Below, one piece after another: positions 11,711 to 21,745 of a stretch of 64,000 bases of DNA. Both the position numbers and the translations under genes were made by a program. How positions within the stretch are numbered: the first letter of the stretch is position 1; each line of letters begins with the position of its first letter. The stretch comes from Gammaproteobacteria bacterium (GTDB taxonomy: Bacteria; Pseudomonadota; Gammaproteobacteria; UBA4575), in NCBI GenBank assembly GCA_965222615.1, contig CBDCUI010000009.1, positions 604,264-668,263 of the forward strand, read 5' to 3'. The notes beneath the pieces are model-generated. The model had not been told where the DNA came from and made no database searches. It saw nothing but the letters and a program-made list of their open reading frames with translations.

Positions 11711-12316
11711 TTAAGCTACCCATTGTGCAAGATACGAATCAATTAGATCATCGATAAGTATTTTATGATTTTTTTGGCTATCACTAAGACGCTGCTGGGC
11801 ACCTAAAACTGTTATGCCATGTACACCACTCCATAAAACTTGACCGGCTCTTTCTATTTCACTCGCGGACTTATTCGAATCAAGTTCCGCTAACAATGCG
11901 TTTAACAAATCAAATAACCTCTGAACTTTTTCTTCTACCCAATCATAATCTTTCGTTATATCTAATTGAGAAGAAAACATCATTTCCCATACATGTGGTT
12001 GCTTATAAGCAAGCTTTAAATAAGTGTGCCCACAAACACGAATCTTTTCCAGAGGGCTATCGATATTTTTTATTGCCACTACGCAAGCTTTATACAGCTG
12101 ATCTAAGGTTCGTGCATATATATGCATAAACAAATCATTCACGTTGATATATAAGGTGTATAAAGTACCCACGGTATAGCCCATTTCTTTGGCAATTTGC
12201 CTGGCACTGATGTTTGCCATGGGCTTTTTAGCCAATAACTGCTCGGTTTTATCTAAGGCCATGGCCAATAGTTCTTCCCTGCTGTGGTCATTTCTTCGTG
12301 CCATTGAGAACTTCAT
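11711..12316 (-). CDS. TetR/AcrR family transcriptional regulator
   Basis: N-terminal HTH (ISARQIAKEMGYTVGTLYTLY). The listed ORF start (12418) would read through the operator palindromes. Likely starts are the Met codons at 12337, 12316 or 12304. Confidence 0.75.
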   Translation of the reverse strand: MKFSMARRNDHSREELLAMALDKTEQLLAKKPMANISARQIAKEMGYTVGTLYTLYINVNDLFMHIYARTLDQLYKACVVAIKNIDSPLEKIRVCGHTYLKLAYKQPHVWEMMFSSQLDITKDYDWVEEKVQRLFDLLNALLAELDSNKSASEIERAGQVLWSGVHGITVLGAQQRLSDSQKNHKILIDDLIDSYLAQWVA

Positions 12317-12340
12317 CAAAAAAAATCTTAAAGCCATATT

Positions 12341-12439
12341 GACATTTAATTGAACATTGTTCAATATAGTATTTATTGAATGGTGTTCAATTAAGAGGCC
12401 GTTCATTTTTAAAGACATTTAATTAAACAATGTTCAATT
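12341..12439. promoter_or_regulatory. Divergent promoter/operator region with repeated palindrome TTGAACAnTGTTCAA
   Basis: Perfect 7-1-7 inverted repeat at 12350-12364; degenerate copy at 12376-12390; near-perfect copy TTAAACAATGTTCAA at 12423-12437. The longer direct repeat GACATTTAATTRAACAWTGTTCAAT occurs at about 12341 and 12414. The last copy abuts the RBS AAAGGAG of the downstream gene. Confidence 0.5.
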
Positions 12440-12453
12440 AAAAGGAGCTCAAA

Positions 12454-14532
12454 ATGAAATTTTTAAACACTTTCAATAAGTTACGAAATATTAGCTTGGG
12501 ATTTTTGCTTTTGGTGTGTAGTTCTAATGCCTTTTCAGCAGGCCTAATGACCCCTGCTACGGGACAATTGCCGGAACTTAAAATCAAACAACACCACGTA
12601 AAGGTGGTGGTAGAAGACGGATATGCGATTACGCACATCGACCAGACCTTTCACAATCCTCACGACAAAGATTTGGAAGCCATTTATTCCTTTCCCATTC
12701 CATCCAAAGCGGCTGTGGGTGAATTTACCTATTGGATCGATGGCAACCCCGTGACGGGAGAGGTATTAGAAAAACAAACTGCCAGAGACCTGTACGAACA
12801 AGAGAAACAAGCGGGTCGTGAAACGGCTTTAACAGAGCAAGACAGCTATAAAACTTTTGACACCTCTGTTTACCCAGTGCGTGCTCAACAAGATGTGAAA
12901 ATTCGCTTGGTATACATACAACCTGCTCACACTGACACAGGCATTGGGCAATATACTTATCCGTTAGAAGAAGGTGGCGTAGACGAAGAAAAATTGGCTT
13001 TTTGGACATATAACGATGAGGTAACTGAATCGTTCAGTTTCGATATGCAAATACGCTCTTCTTATCCAATTGATAATGTTCGTTTGCCAAAACACCCGCA
13101 AGCCATTATTCAATCTACTTCGAATAAAGAATGGTCCGCATCTTTAACGAATCAAGCAACAGCTAACATTAATGTTGATGATGCTGAAATAAGTAACACC
13201 ACAACAGCGCAAGCACAAAGTAGTAATCCTGTGGTTCATCGCTTAGACCAGGATATTGTTGTGTATTGGCGCCATCAAGAAGGCTTGCTAGGAAGTGTTG
13301 ATATGGTGACATACAAAGAAGATCCGAATAGTCGCGGTACTTTCATGATGACGATTACTCCTGGAGAAGATCTTCCACCCATCACACAAGGACGTGATTG
13401 GATATTTGTGCTTGATCTCTCGGGCTCCATGCAAGGTAAATTTCAAAGTCTAGTTGAAGGTGTAACGAAAGGATTAAATAAATTGAATACCAACGATCGC
13501 TTTCGAATCATTTTATTTAATAATTCTGCACGTGAAGTTACACAGGGCTTTGTTAATGTAACACCGGAAAACATTTCACATTATTCAAATGTGTTGACTA
13601 ACACTGCGCCTAACGGAAGCACAAATTTATACGCAGGCTTAGAAATGGGTTTTAACCGCTTAGATAGTGATCGACCCAGTGCAGTAATATTAGTCACAGA
13701 CGGTGTAGCGAACGTTGGTCTTACTCAAAAGAAAGATTTCTTAAAACTGGTTGAAAAGCATGATGTTCGCTTATTTACGTTCGTGATGGGTAACAGTGCA
13801 AATCGCCCGTTGCTTGAAGGTATGACAAAGGTATCTAATGGTTTTTCTGAAAATATCTCTAACAGCGGTGATATTGTTGGAATATTGCTACTCACTCAAT
13901 CCAAGCTCAATTATGAGGCTTTACGAGATATCGACATCAAAATAAGCGGGGTTAAAGTTAAAGATTTAACTCCTGAGCATGTCGGCAGCTTGTACCGCGG
14001 CCAACAACTTATCGTTTTTGGACATTATTGGGATGGTGGAACAGCAAATGTTGCTATAAATGGCAAAATTTCAGGTCAAGAAAAAACGTACTCTTCTCAG
14101 CTTGAGTTTCCTGATAAAGCCGTTTTGCACCCTGAGCTTGAACGCCTATGGGCTTACGCGACGATAGAAAATATACAAAAACAAATAGACTATCTTGGTG
14201 AAGATGCAGACAGTAAAAAGGCGATTATAGATGTAGCTTTAGAACACAGTTTAGTTACCGATTACACCTCTCTGGTAGTCGTTCGTGATGAAGTTTTTCA
14301 AAGCGAAAACATTGCACGCAACAATGCAGTGAGAGTAGCTAAGGAAGAGCAAGCGCGTGCACAACGTACAACAGGTTCAGTGCGAAATAATCGTCAAGAC
14401 ACCTCACAACCAATGTATAACAACTCTCGTCCTAGCTTAGGAGGCAGTGGAGGTGGAGCTACTGGCCCATGGATGTTGCTCATTTTATTGTTACCGTTAT
14501 TAACCAAGAGATTTAAAAAGATTTTGCATTGA
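12454..14532 (+). CDS. Secreted VIT-domain + von Willebrand factor A protein with a C-terminal GlyGly-CTERM-like sorting signal
   Basis: Signal peptide. VWA MIDAS motif DLSGSM near residue 330, with a VIT-like N-terminal region. C-terminus GGSGGGATGPWMLLILLLPLLTKRFKK (Gly-rich stretch, TM helix, then basic residues) matches the rhombosortase-target architecture. Confidence 0.7.
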   Translation: MKFLNTFNKLRNISLGFLLLVCSSNAFSAGLMTPATGQLPELKIKQHHVKVVVEDGYAITHIDQTFHNPHDKDLEAIYSFPIPSKAAVGEFTYWIDGNPVTGEVLEKQTARDLYEQEKQAGRETALTEQDSYKTFDTSVYPVRAQQDVKIRLVYIQPAHTDTGIGQYTYPLEEGGVDEEKLAFWTYNDEVTESFSFDMQIRSSYPIDNVRLPKHPQAIIQSTSNKEWSASLTNQATANINVDDAEISNTTTAQAQSSNPVVHRLDQDIVVYWRHQEGLLGSVDMVTYKEDPNSRGTFMMTITPGEDLPPITQGRDWIFVLDLSGSMQGKFQSLVEGVTKGLNKLNTNDRFRIILFNNSAREVTQGFVNVTPENISHYSNVLTNTAPNGSTNLYAGLEMGFNRLDSDRPSAVILVTDGVANVGLTQKKDFLKLVEKHDVRLFTFVMGNSANRPLLEGMTKVSNGFSENISNSGDIVGILLLTQSKLNYEALRDIDIKISGVKVKDLTPEHVGSLYRGQQLIVFGHYWDGGTANVAINGKISGQEKTYSSQLEFPDKAVLHPELERLWAYATIENIQKQIDYLGEDADSKKAIIDVALEHSLVTDYTSLVVVRDEVFQSENIARNNAVRVAKEEQARAQRTTGSVRNNRQDTSQPMYNNSRPSLGGSGGGATGPWMLLILLLPLLTKRFKKILH

Positions 14533-14604
14533 TCGCTAATAGTAACAAATAAGCGAGCTGTAACGTTTCATTCTTGCAGCTCGCTTTTTTATTATAAGAG
14601 AATA

Positions 14605-15450
14605 TTAGCTAAGCAGTCGTTCGATATCTCTTGCCAAAGGGTTTAATACATCATTATCGGACCAATAGGTAGTATGACTTAGTGGATTCCAGCTCTTAAT
14701 GAAGTTACCTGTATTAATGGCATTGTCTTCGTTTACCTCAAATTTATAGCTTTGCTTTTCGTTTTTCACGCTCAAATTTTTCAGTGGCCAGCCTAATGGA
14801 TCATCGGGATCGTAAAAGTTCTTCCATTTAAACGAATATCCTTTGCTGGTAGAGGCAATTGCCTTGATTTTATTTTGTGGAATACCGGCTACAAAAACCG
14901 GAATACTGCAACCAGTAAAATATAAATACTTTAGTGTCTTTAACCGACGGAATTTATCCAAAACTGAACCGGGTAGTGAATCATCAAAGCCACCATATCG
15001 CCAAGCACCTTGTTGTGGCTCTTTCGCTTGGGCATCCCAAATAAAATTTGAGATTACATCGCAACCTAAAGATTGGGTAATTAGCACAATATTTGCTTCA
15101 CCGCCTACCGCGTCATAAGCACGATCGAGTGTATTGAGAACAATTTCTTGAACCTCTTCGTAAGGACTGCCTGGCTCATTTGCTTTGCGCAAAAATCCTG
15201 CGGCATCAGAGAACCCAAATAATAAAAATCTCCTAAGCGCTATCCAATCAATATCATCCTTGGCTTTAATACGATCAAAAATTCTAGTTTGATTATTTTG
15301 GAAAACGTTTGCATAGTAGATTGTGTCAAAATACACATTTGACCACGCGCTACCGAGTTTTTTTGCTAGTTTGCCTTGTAATTTTTCAGCAAAATTCGGT
15401 GGAGTGTTCCCCATCCCATGAACCGCTAACACGACAACTTCTTCTGACAC
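14605..15450 (-). CDS. Putative alpha/beta-hydrolase (lipase/esterase-like)
   Basis: VVLAVHGMGN near the N-terminus and a nucleophile-elbow-like ITQSLGC. Weak assignment. Confidence 0.35.
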   Translation of the reverse strand: MSEEVVVLAVHGMGNTPPNFAEKLQGKLAKKLGSAWSNVYFDTIYYANVFQNNQTRIFDRIKAKDDIDWIALRRFLLFGFSDAAGFLRKANEPGSPYEEVQEIVLNTLDRAYDAVGGEANIVLITQSLGCDVISNFIWDAQAKEPQQGAWRYGGFDDSLPGSVLDKFRRLKTLKYLYFTGCSIPVFVAGIPQNKIKAIASTSKGYSFKWKNFYDPDDPLGWPLKNLSVKNEKQSYKFEVNEDNAINTGNFIKSWNPLSHTTYWSDNDVLNPLARDIERLLS

Positions 15451-15730
15451 TACAACACCCCCTTAGTATTTAAAAAATTGTTTTCTATTATAGTAGGTAA
15501 AATAAAATGCCCCAATATTGTGGAATGTTTTTTACCTACGCACTTCATCAAAATCGATATTGACTACATGCTATTTAATTATCAATATCTTTATACATTG
15601 CTTTAACTCTATCATCTAAGCTATTAAATGAACTTCATGATTGATACAGAAAATATAATGACTAAGGGTGCTCGATATTTAATTAATTAAAGAATAATTT
15701 TTTGGATATGCAGGAAAATCTCAAAAGTTT

Positions 15731-15760
15731 AAATAAAAAAGCCCGGCTTTAACCGGGCTT
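15731..15760 (-). terminator. Rho-independent terminator (hairpin GCCCGG-CTTTAA-CCGGGC flanked by A/T runs)
   Basis: Perfect 6-bp GC stem at 15741-15758 followed, on the minus strand, by a T-run. It lies just downstream of the small minus-strand ORF. Confidence 0.6.
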
Positions 15761-15787
15761 GCCTTGCATCAGGATCACTACTATGTC

Positions 15788-15910
15788 TTAGTGATGGCGT
15801 CTAATTTCAGTATCGTGGAAGTAATCTCGATCTTTTAATAATCGCCACATCCCTAAAAGGGTGACACCAACTACTGCTAATTGCAGTCCTATGATAAATA
15901 ATGTTTCCAT
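15788..15910 (-). CDS. Small (40 aa) single-TM protein
   Basis: METLFIIGLQLAVVGVTLLGMWRLLKDRDYFHDTEIRRHH. One TM helix, followed by the terminator. Too short for the ORF track. Confidence 0.3.
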   Translation of the reverse strand: METLFIIGLQLAVVGVTLLGMWRLLKDRDYFHDTEIRRHH

Positions 15911-16042
15911 GTCCAACTCCCTATATATAAGTTATCAGATCTTCTCTAAGAGAAAACGCATTGTCTAATGTGAACTGGTTCACATTTTCGTATAAATGAT
16001 CACTGGTAGATATCTAAGGACGAATGGTAATTTTTTACATTG

Positions 16043-16633
16043 CTAACGTTTATACCAAACCAAGCTTCTGTTATTAATTGGCATGGCATAATCTTGGGCC
16101 AGCTCAAGACCCTGCTGCTGTGCTAAATGATTTACATCGACAAAATCTCTAACACCACTTTGTGGATCGCGTTGTTTGAGGTATTGGTCAAATCTCGCAT
16201 TGCTTAGACTAGTGTGTGCACCGTTATAAGAAAATGGTCCATAAATAAATAAAACTCCGTGCTCATCTAGAACGTTACCTATACCTAAAAAAAATTGTTC
16301 GATCATTTCCCAAGACATAATGTGCAAAGTGTTTGCTGTAAAAATTGCATCTGTTTTGACAATATTCCAAGGATGATCACACACATCTAGTTCGATTGGC
16401 GGATCAACATTTAGCAATCGTGCTTCATTCACCCAAGCCTGAATACCAGAAAGATTCTCATGTAAATCGCTTGGCTGCCATATTAGATGCGGAAGATGTT
16501 CTGCAAAATACACTGCGTGTTGGCCTGTACCACTACCAATCTCAAGCACATGGTGACAATCCTGAAATACCTCTATTAAAACCTTAAGAATTGGGTCTTT
16601 GTTTTGTTCACATGCTTCAGAATATCTTTGCAT
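16043..16633 (-). CDS. Class I SAM-dependent methyltransferase (DUF938-like)
   Basis: LEIGSGTGQHAVYFAE motif I and the about 200-aa size typical of DUF938. Confidence 0.65.
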   Translation of the reverse strand: MQRYSEACEQNKDPILKVLIEVFQDCHHVLEIGSGTGQHAVYFAEHLPHLIWQPSDLHENLSGIQAWVNEARLLNVDPPIELDVCDHPWNIVKTDAIFTANTLHIMSWEMIEQFFLGIGNVLDEHGVLFIYGPFSYNGAHTSLSNARFDQYLKQRDPQSGVRDFVDVNHLAQQQGLELAQDYAMPINNRSLVWYKR

Positions 16634-16643
16634 GATTAAAAAT

Positions 16644-16994
16644 TTAATTAGATCGGTTTTTTAGTGCAGTATGTTCGTATTTTATTCCACCCCACCCTGT
16701 TTTCATAAAACTACGTATATTCTGATGACCTGTGCCATTTGGATTATCTAGGACATCTTTTCGATAGAACTCGCCAAAACAAGCCAGTGTTTCTGCCTTA
16801 CTTAAATTATGTAATTTTGCAAATGCAAATATCTTACAGGACCCTTCATTTTCACCTGCATTATTGTATAAGTCGCCATTTCTAAACGAAGTTGGGAAAT
16901 ATGTATAATTTGCATCAATTAATGCAATGGTTTGTTTGAAATTAATCTTTTCAGGATCTTGAATGAGTAGATGCAAAAACTCTGAAAGCTGCAT
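16644..16994 (-). CDS. HopJ-type conserved protein
   Basis: About 115 aa with NGSCKIFAFA ... LACFGEFYR ... GTGHQNIR pattern, recalled from the HopJ family. From memory. Confidence 0.5.
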   Translation of the reverse strand: MQLSEFLHLLIQDPEKINFKQTIALIDANYTYFPTSFRNGDLYNNAGENEGSCKIFAFAKLHNLSKAETLACFGEFYRKDVLDNPNGTGHQNIRSFMKTGWGGIKYEHTALKNRSN

Positions 16995-17649
16995 GAAGGA
17001 CTAAAGGTGTTATCACCTACCAATTACACCTTGTGGTGGTTCGTTCGAAGTAACATTTGGATCAATTTCGCCTGTCTCAAACAGGTATATAGCAATCGCA
17101 AAGATAGCGATCATGGTACCGATGGTTACTATTTTCTTCATAGATTAATGCAATACACTCATTGCCTGCATGTCGAGGTTTACTAGTTTCCATTTGCCAT
17201 CAGGCTGTTTTTGTTCATCTGCCTCACAATAAAACACCTGGCCAAATTCATTGATTACCGTACAGTATAAATTCGTAGCCTCATGCTTTTCAAAATATAA
17301 TAGCTGATTAATATCCATATATATATCCTTTGACCGTTGGTTATTAGCTATATGGGGCCATTTGGCTAAATTTCAAGTATAAAACCAGTAATTTACCTAC
17401 TTTAACCAGCATATAGATTGCTCTTAATTTAATTAAAAATAGATTCATTTGAGAACAGTTTCAAAATTAACCAAAGCCTTTGTTCTTAATCTGCATTATT
17501 ATTAGTTTGATCTATTAATTAGTAAGAGAAAAACTATACATAGCGCTATGGATCCACAATAACCCAAATATTTACATAATGATAAAGAATTGAATTTCTG
17601 TAATTTTTTAATTTTCCTTCTGCATGACTATATTTAATAGTTTAGATCT

Positions 17650-18045
17650 GTGTGGAAATTGCTATGCTATACAGGTCGTAACACTCATAGAGCTGTCGAG
17701 AAAATAATGGAAGAAGAAAAAGGCTACAGCGTAAATGTCAAAGTTAATGACAAATACTTAGAAAATGTAGATGATAATGTTTTCATCTCTATGAAGCTTC
17801 TATACAAAGAAGGAAAAGTAGATGGACTAAGCTTCGGATCCAATCATGATTTCGTCAATCAGGAACTTTTTACTGCACTTGATCAATTCCAAACTTGGCT
17901 TAAATTAAAATTACCCCCTACCGAAATCATCTCAAAACTGCAAGAGCTTGACAGTTTACAGTATGGACACGAACTCGCGTGTGATCGAATTGGACAAGCT
18001 ATTGCGGAACTTTATTACACATTCTTAATGGATAAGAACAAGTAA
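17650..18045 (+). CDS. Hypothetical protein
   Basis: ORF in an AT-rich region. Likely true start at MEEEKGY (17707). No motif. Confidence 0.3.
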   Translation: MWKLLCYTGRNTHRAVEKIMEEEKGYSVNVKVNDKYLENVDDNVFISMKLLYKEGKVDGLSFGSNHDFVNQELFTALDQFQTWLKLKLPPTEIISKLQELDSLQYGHELACDRIGQAIAELYYTFLMDKNK

Positions 18046-18070
18046 TAAAGAATCATTTAACTTCTACACA

Positions 18071-18889
18071 TCAACAACGATGAATCGCCCATGCAACATC
18101 TAAGGCTTGGCGATTTTGCCAAATATCATGGACACGAAAAATTTTTACCCCAGCTAACACACCGAGTGCTGAAGTTGCACAGGTTGCTGGCATTCTCTCA
18201 CGTGGGTCTTGTTGGTTTGCTATTTCTCCCATAAAACGCTTACGACTGGTCCCAATTAAAACTGGGTAACCTAAAGATGTTATATCAGTGAGATCCCGTA
18301 ATAATTCTAAATTATGTTGAGTACGCTTTCCGAAGCCAATACCAGGATCAAGAATAATATTTTCTTTTTTAATACCTAGGTCTTGAGCATTTGTCGCTTG
18401 GTTAATCAGAAACTCTGATACCTCTTTAGTAACATTCTCATAATTAGGACTATCTTGCATGTTTCCAGGATCTCCCTGCATATGCATGAGGCAAATTGGC
18501 ACATCATTATCTGCTGCAAGTTTTAAAACAGACTTATCTTCACGTCCTGCACTAATGTCGTTAAGCATCGTCGCCCCAGCATCTAATGAAGCTTCAGCGA
18601 CCTCAGACAAAGTCGTATCAATACTTATATGTGTTTGTGCTGGTAATTCTTTGCGTAAACCTGCGATAACATCAAGTACTCTTCTCTTTTGCTCTTTTGC
18701 ATCTATACGTTGTGCTCCTGGGCGTGTAGATTCTCCGCCAACATCAATGATGTCAGCACCCTGCTCTACCATTTCAATACCACGTGTTATTGCATCCTTA
18801 GAAGATGGATACATCCCACCATCAGAAAAGCTATCTGGCGTTACGTTTAATACTCCCATCAGGAGTGGCTTAGAATAATCAAGCTGCAT
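18071..18889 (-). CDS. folP: Dihydropteroate synthase
   Basis: LMGVLNVTPDSFSDGG N-terminus, pterin-binding TIM-barrel motifs, 272 aa. Confidence 0.9.
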   Translation of the reverse strand: MQLDYSKPLLMGVLNVTPDSFSDGGMYPSSKDAITRGIEMVEQGADIIDVGGESTRPGAQRIDAKEQKRRVLDVIAGLRKELPAQTHISIDTTLSEVAEASLDAGATMLNDISAGREDKSVLKLAADNDVPICLMHMQGDPGNMQDSPNYENVTKEVSEFLINQATNAQDLGIKKENIILDPGIGFGKRTQHNLELLRDLTDITSLGYPVLIGTSRKRFMGEIANQQDPRERMPATCATSALGVLAGVKIFRVHDIWQNRQALDVAWAIHRC

Positions 18890-18915
18890 ATATGTATAAG
18901 TTTACAATGTATTTA

Positions 18916-19848
18916 TCAATGTGTTATCACTTGTTTAAATGGTTCTACTTTTATCTTGCTTCCAACTCTTACCACCATTAAATCTTCACCTAGATGAATT
19001 TCACCAGAATAGTTATCTTCAATATCTTTCATGAGCGAGTCCTCATCAATCCCTAAAATAATGGCATGAGTCAGAACTGCTACACGTGGTTTCACTTCAT
19101 TTAATATTTGTGTTAACTGACCAGGGTTAGTGTGATATTGCTCTATCTTTTGTAAACGTGGATTTTTTTCAAGCAAGCTCTCTTTAGCAGCAAAAATTTC
19201 ATGAATCAACACATCTATGTCTTTTGAGTGATCAATTAAATTTTTTGAATATGTTGTATCACCTGATACAACAATAGATCGCTCACCAAAATCAATTCTA
19301 TATCCATAAGCAGGATCCACTGGTTTGTGATTTACTAAAAATGCGGTTACCTTAACATTGCTATCTGTATAAATCACACCAGGTTTAATCTCAACTGCCA
19401 TCAGCTTTGCTGCATTGGGATCTAGTCCAGCATGTTGGTGCCGTAATGAAGCATCGTAGGCATATGCTTGCTGCAAATGTTGCACAAAGGATGCTGTTCC
19501 ACTGGGACCAAAAACCGTAAGAGCTTGAGGCCGTTGATAAATCCACCCCGTTAACCATAAGTCATCAAGCGCAGAAATATGATCCGAGTGCAAATGTGTA
19601 AGAAAGACCTGGTGAATCTTAGTTATTGGAATGTCTAACTGCTCTAATCTCTGTACCACGGTACGCCCTGCATCAAATAATAGATGCTTACCACCTGCTT
19701 CAATTAATACGGCAGGACCTGCTCGCCGAACATCAGGTCTAGGACTGCCAGTACCCAATAATGTTACTTGCACGAAATCAGCAAAAAGTAAGGAGGGGAC
19801 CAATAATAATATAGCCAATATAAAAAACTTATTAAATAACTTCTGCAT
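18916..19848 (-). CDS. MBL-fold metallo-hydrolase (secreted)
   Basis: Signal peptide and HxHxDH motif (THLHSDHISALD). Confidence 0.75.
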   Translation of the reverse strand: MQKLFNKFFILAILLLVPSLLFADFVQVTLLGTGSPRPDVRRAGPAVLIEAGGKHLLFDAGRTVVQRLEQLDIPITKIHQVFLTHLHSDHISALDDLWLTGWIYQRPQALTVFGPSGTASFVQHLQQAYAYDASLRHQHAGLDPNAAKLMAVEIKPGVIYTDSNVKVTAFLVNHKPVDPAYGYRIDFGERSIVVSGDTTYSKNLIDHSKDIDVLIHEIFAAKESLLEKNPRLQKIEQYHTNPGQLTQILNEVKPRVAVLTHAIILGIDEDSLMKDIEDNYSGEIHLGEDLMVVRVGSKIKVEPFKQVITH

Positions 19849-19863
19849 ATATCTTAAATATAG

Positions 19864-21660
19864 CTAATTACCTTTATCTACTCGCAATACGGCTAAAAAC
19901 GCTTCTTGAGGGATTTCCACTTTACCAATTTGCTTCATTCGTTTTTTACCTGCTTTTTGCTTTTCAAGCAGTTTCTTCTTTCGGGTTACATCACCACCAT
20001 AACATTTTGCAGTAACATTCTTCCGCAATGCCTTAGTAGTGGTGCGCGCAATTATTTTTGAACCAATAGCTGCTTGAATCGCTACATCGTACATTTGCCT
20101 TGGTATTATCTCTTTCATCTTCACCGCCAGATCTCTCCCATACGATTGTGCTTGATCCCTATGTACGATTACGGATAGTGCATCGACGCGCTCAGAATTG
20201 ATTAATATATCTAGCTTTACTAACGGCGCTTCTGAAAAATGAGATTGATAGTAATCAAATGATGCATAACCGCGACTTACTGATTTCAATTTATCAAAAA
20301 AGTCCAATACTACTTCACTTAGTGGTAACTCGAATACAACAGAAACTTGCTTGCCGTGATAATGTAAACTTTTTTGAATTCCACGTTTTTCAATACATAA
20401 CGTGATTACATTTCCAACATAATCATGCGGAACTAAAATCGTAGCACGAATGATTGGTTCACGTATCTCCTTAACTTTATTCGTTGGAGGTAAATTAGAA
20501 GGATTGTGAATATAAGTTATTTCGCCATCTGTTGTATGTACTTCGTGTACTACGGTAGGCGCAGTTGTAATTAAATCTAATGCGTACTCACGTTCCAATC
20601 TTTCTTGTACAATTTCCATATGTAGCATGCCCAAAAATCCGCAGCGAAACCCAAACCCCAATGCATCGGAGGTTTCAGGTTCATATGTAAATGCAGAATC
20701 ATTTAAACTAAGCTTTTCCAGAGCATCGCGAAATGACTCATAGTCATCTGAGCTAACAGGAAAAACTCCTGCAAAAACGTTTGGCTGAACCTCTTTAAAT
20801 CCTTCCAGTGGTTGTTCAGCGGGATGTGAAGTTAATGTATAAGTGTCACCTACTTTTGCGGCAGAAATATCTTTTATTCCACAAATGACGTAGCCAACTT
20901 GTCCCGTTTGTAGTGCTTCTTTTTCTGTACGCTTTGGTGTGAACACTCCTAACTTTTCAACTTGGTAATTGCGACCCGATGACATCGCAGTAATCTTTTG
21001 CTTCGGCTTAATGGTTCCATCGATGACTCGTACTAACGATATCACGCCTACATAATTATCAAACCAAGAATCTACGATAAGTGCCTTGAGGGTTCCCGCA
21101 CTATTGCCAGTAGGCGCTGGAAATCGATTCACAATCGCTTCGAGAACATCTTCTACCCCTTCTCCGGTTTTAGCGCTTGCCAATAAAGGTTCAGATGCAT
21201 CAATACCAATAACTTCTTCAATCTCCGTGATGACTCTATCTGGATCTGCTGAGGGGAGATCTATTTTATTTAATACTGGAATAATTTCTAAACCAAGATC
21301 AATAGCGGTATAGCAGTTTGCAACACTTTGTGCCTCAACACCTTGAGATGCATCCACAATCAACAAAGCCCCTTCACAGGCCGCTAAAGATCGTGATACT
21401 TCATAGGAAAAATCAACATGGCCGGGGGTATCGATGAGGTTTAACTGGTAGGTTTCCCCATCTTCAGCCTTATACTCTAGTGAAACACTTTGCGCCTTAA
21501 TCGTGATTCCACGCTCTTTTTCAAGATCCATAGAATCTAACACCTGAGCACTCATCTCACGCTCAGATAAGCCACCACAGTATTGAATAAAGCGATCCGC
21601 TAAAGTGGATTTCCCATGATCAATATGCGCAATAATAGAGAAGTTGCGAATGCGCTCCAT
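19864..21660 (-). CDS. lepA: Elongation factor 4 (LepA)
   Basis: [26 protein letters not shown], about 600 aa. Context is downstream of the rpoE cluster. Confidence 0.95.
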   Translation of the reverse strand: MERIRNFSIIAHIDHGKSTLADRFIQYCGGLSEREMSAQVLDSMDLEKERGITIKAQSVSLEYKAEDGETYQLNLIDTPGHVDFSYEVSRSLAACEGALLIVDASQGVEAQSVANCYTAIDLGLEIIPVLNKIDLPSADPDRVITEIEEVIGIDASEPLLASAKTGEGVEDVLEAIVNRFPAPTGNSAGTLKALIVDSWFDNYVGVISLVRVIDGTIKPKQKITAMSSGRNYQVEKLGVFTPKRTEKEALQTGQVGYVICGIKDISAAKVGDTYTLTSHPAEQPLEGFKEVQPNVFAGVFPVSSDDYESFRDALEKLSLNDSAFTYEPETSDALGFGFRCGFLGMLHMEIVQERLEREYALDLITTAPTVVHEVHTTDGEITYIHNPSNLPPTNKVKEIREPIIRATILVPHDYVGNVITLCIEKRGIQKSLHYHGKQVSVVFELPLSEVVLDFFDKLKSVSRGYASFDYYQSHFSEAPLVKLDILINSERVDALSVIVHRDQAQSYGRDLAVKMKEIIPRQMYDVAIQAAIGSKIIARTTTKALRKNVTAKCYGGDVTRKKKLLEKQKAGKKRMKQIGKVEIPQEAFLAVLRVDKGN

Positions 21661-21745
21661 AATAGGTATTTAGGAGTTAACTCTAAAGCCAATTTGTAAC
21701 AGCCCTGATTATGGCCTAGTTTGACTTACTTTTGCTAACTTTCCG

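Noticed and set aside
18459-18878. 139-aa plus-strand ORF inside folP. Similar antisense or embedded ORFs occur at 2512-2748, 2925-3239 and 3914-4138 in EF-G, at 21086-21313 in lepA, at 22605-23105 in degP, at 24431-24751 in rseA, at 36837-37238 in phzF, at 30898-31299 in dnaX, at 61735-62165 in the lipoprotein gene, and at 63167-63994 in the kinase gene.
   Set aside because: They are entirely contained within confidently assigned genes on the opposite strand, have low-complexity or Ser/Thr/Cys-rich composition, and lack motifs. Typical shadow ORFs.
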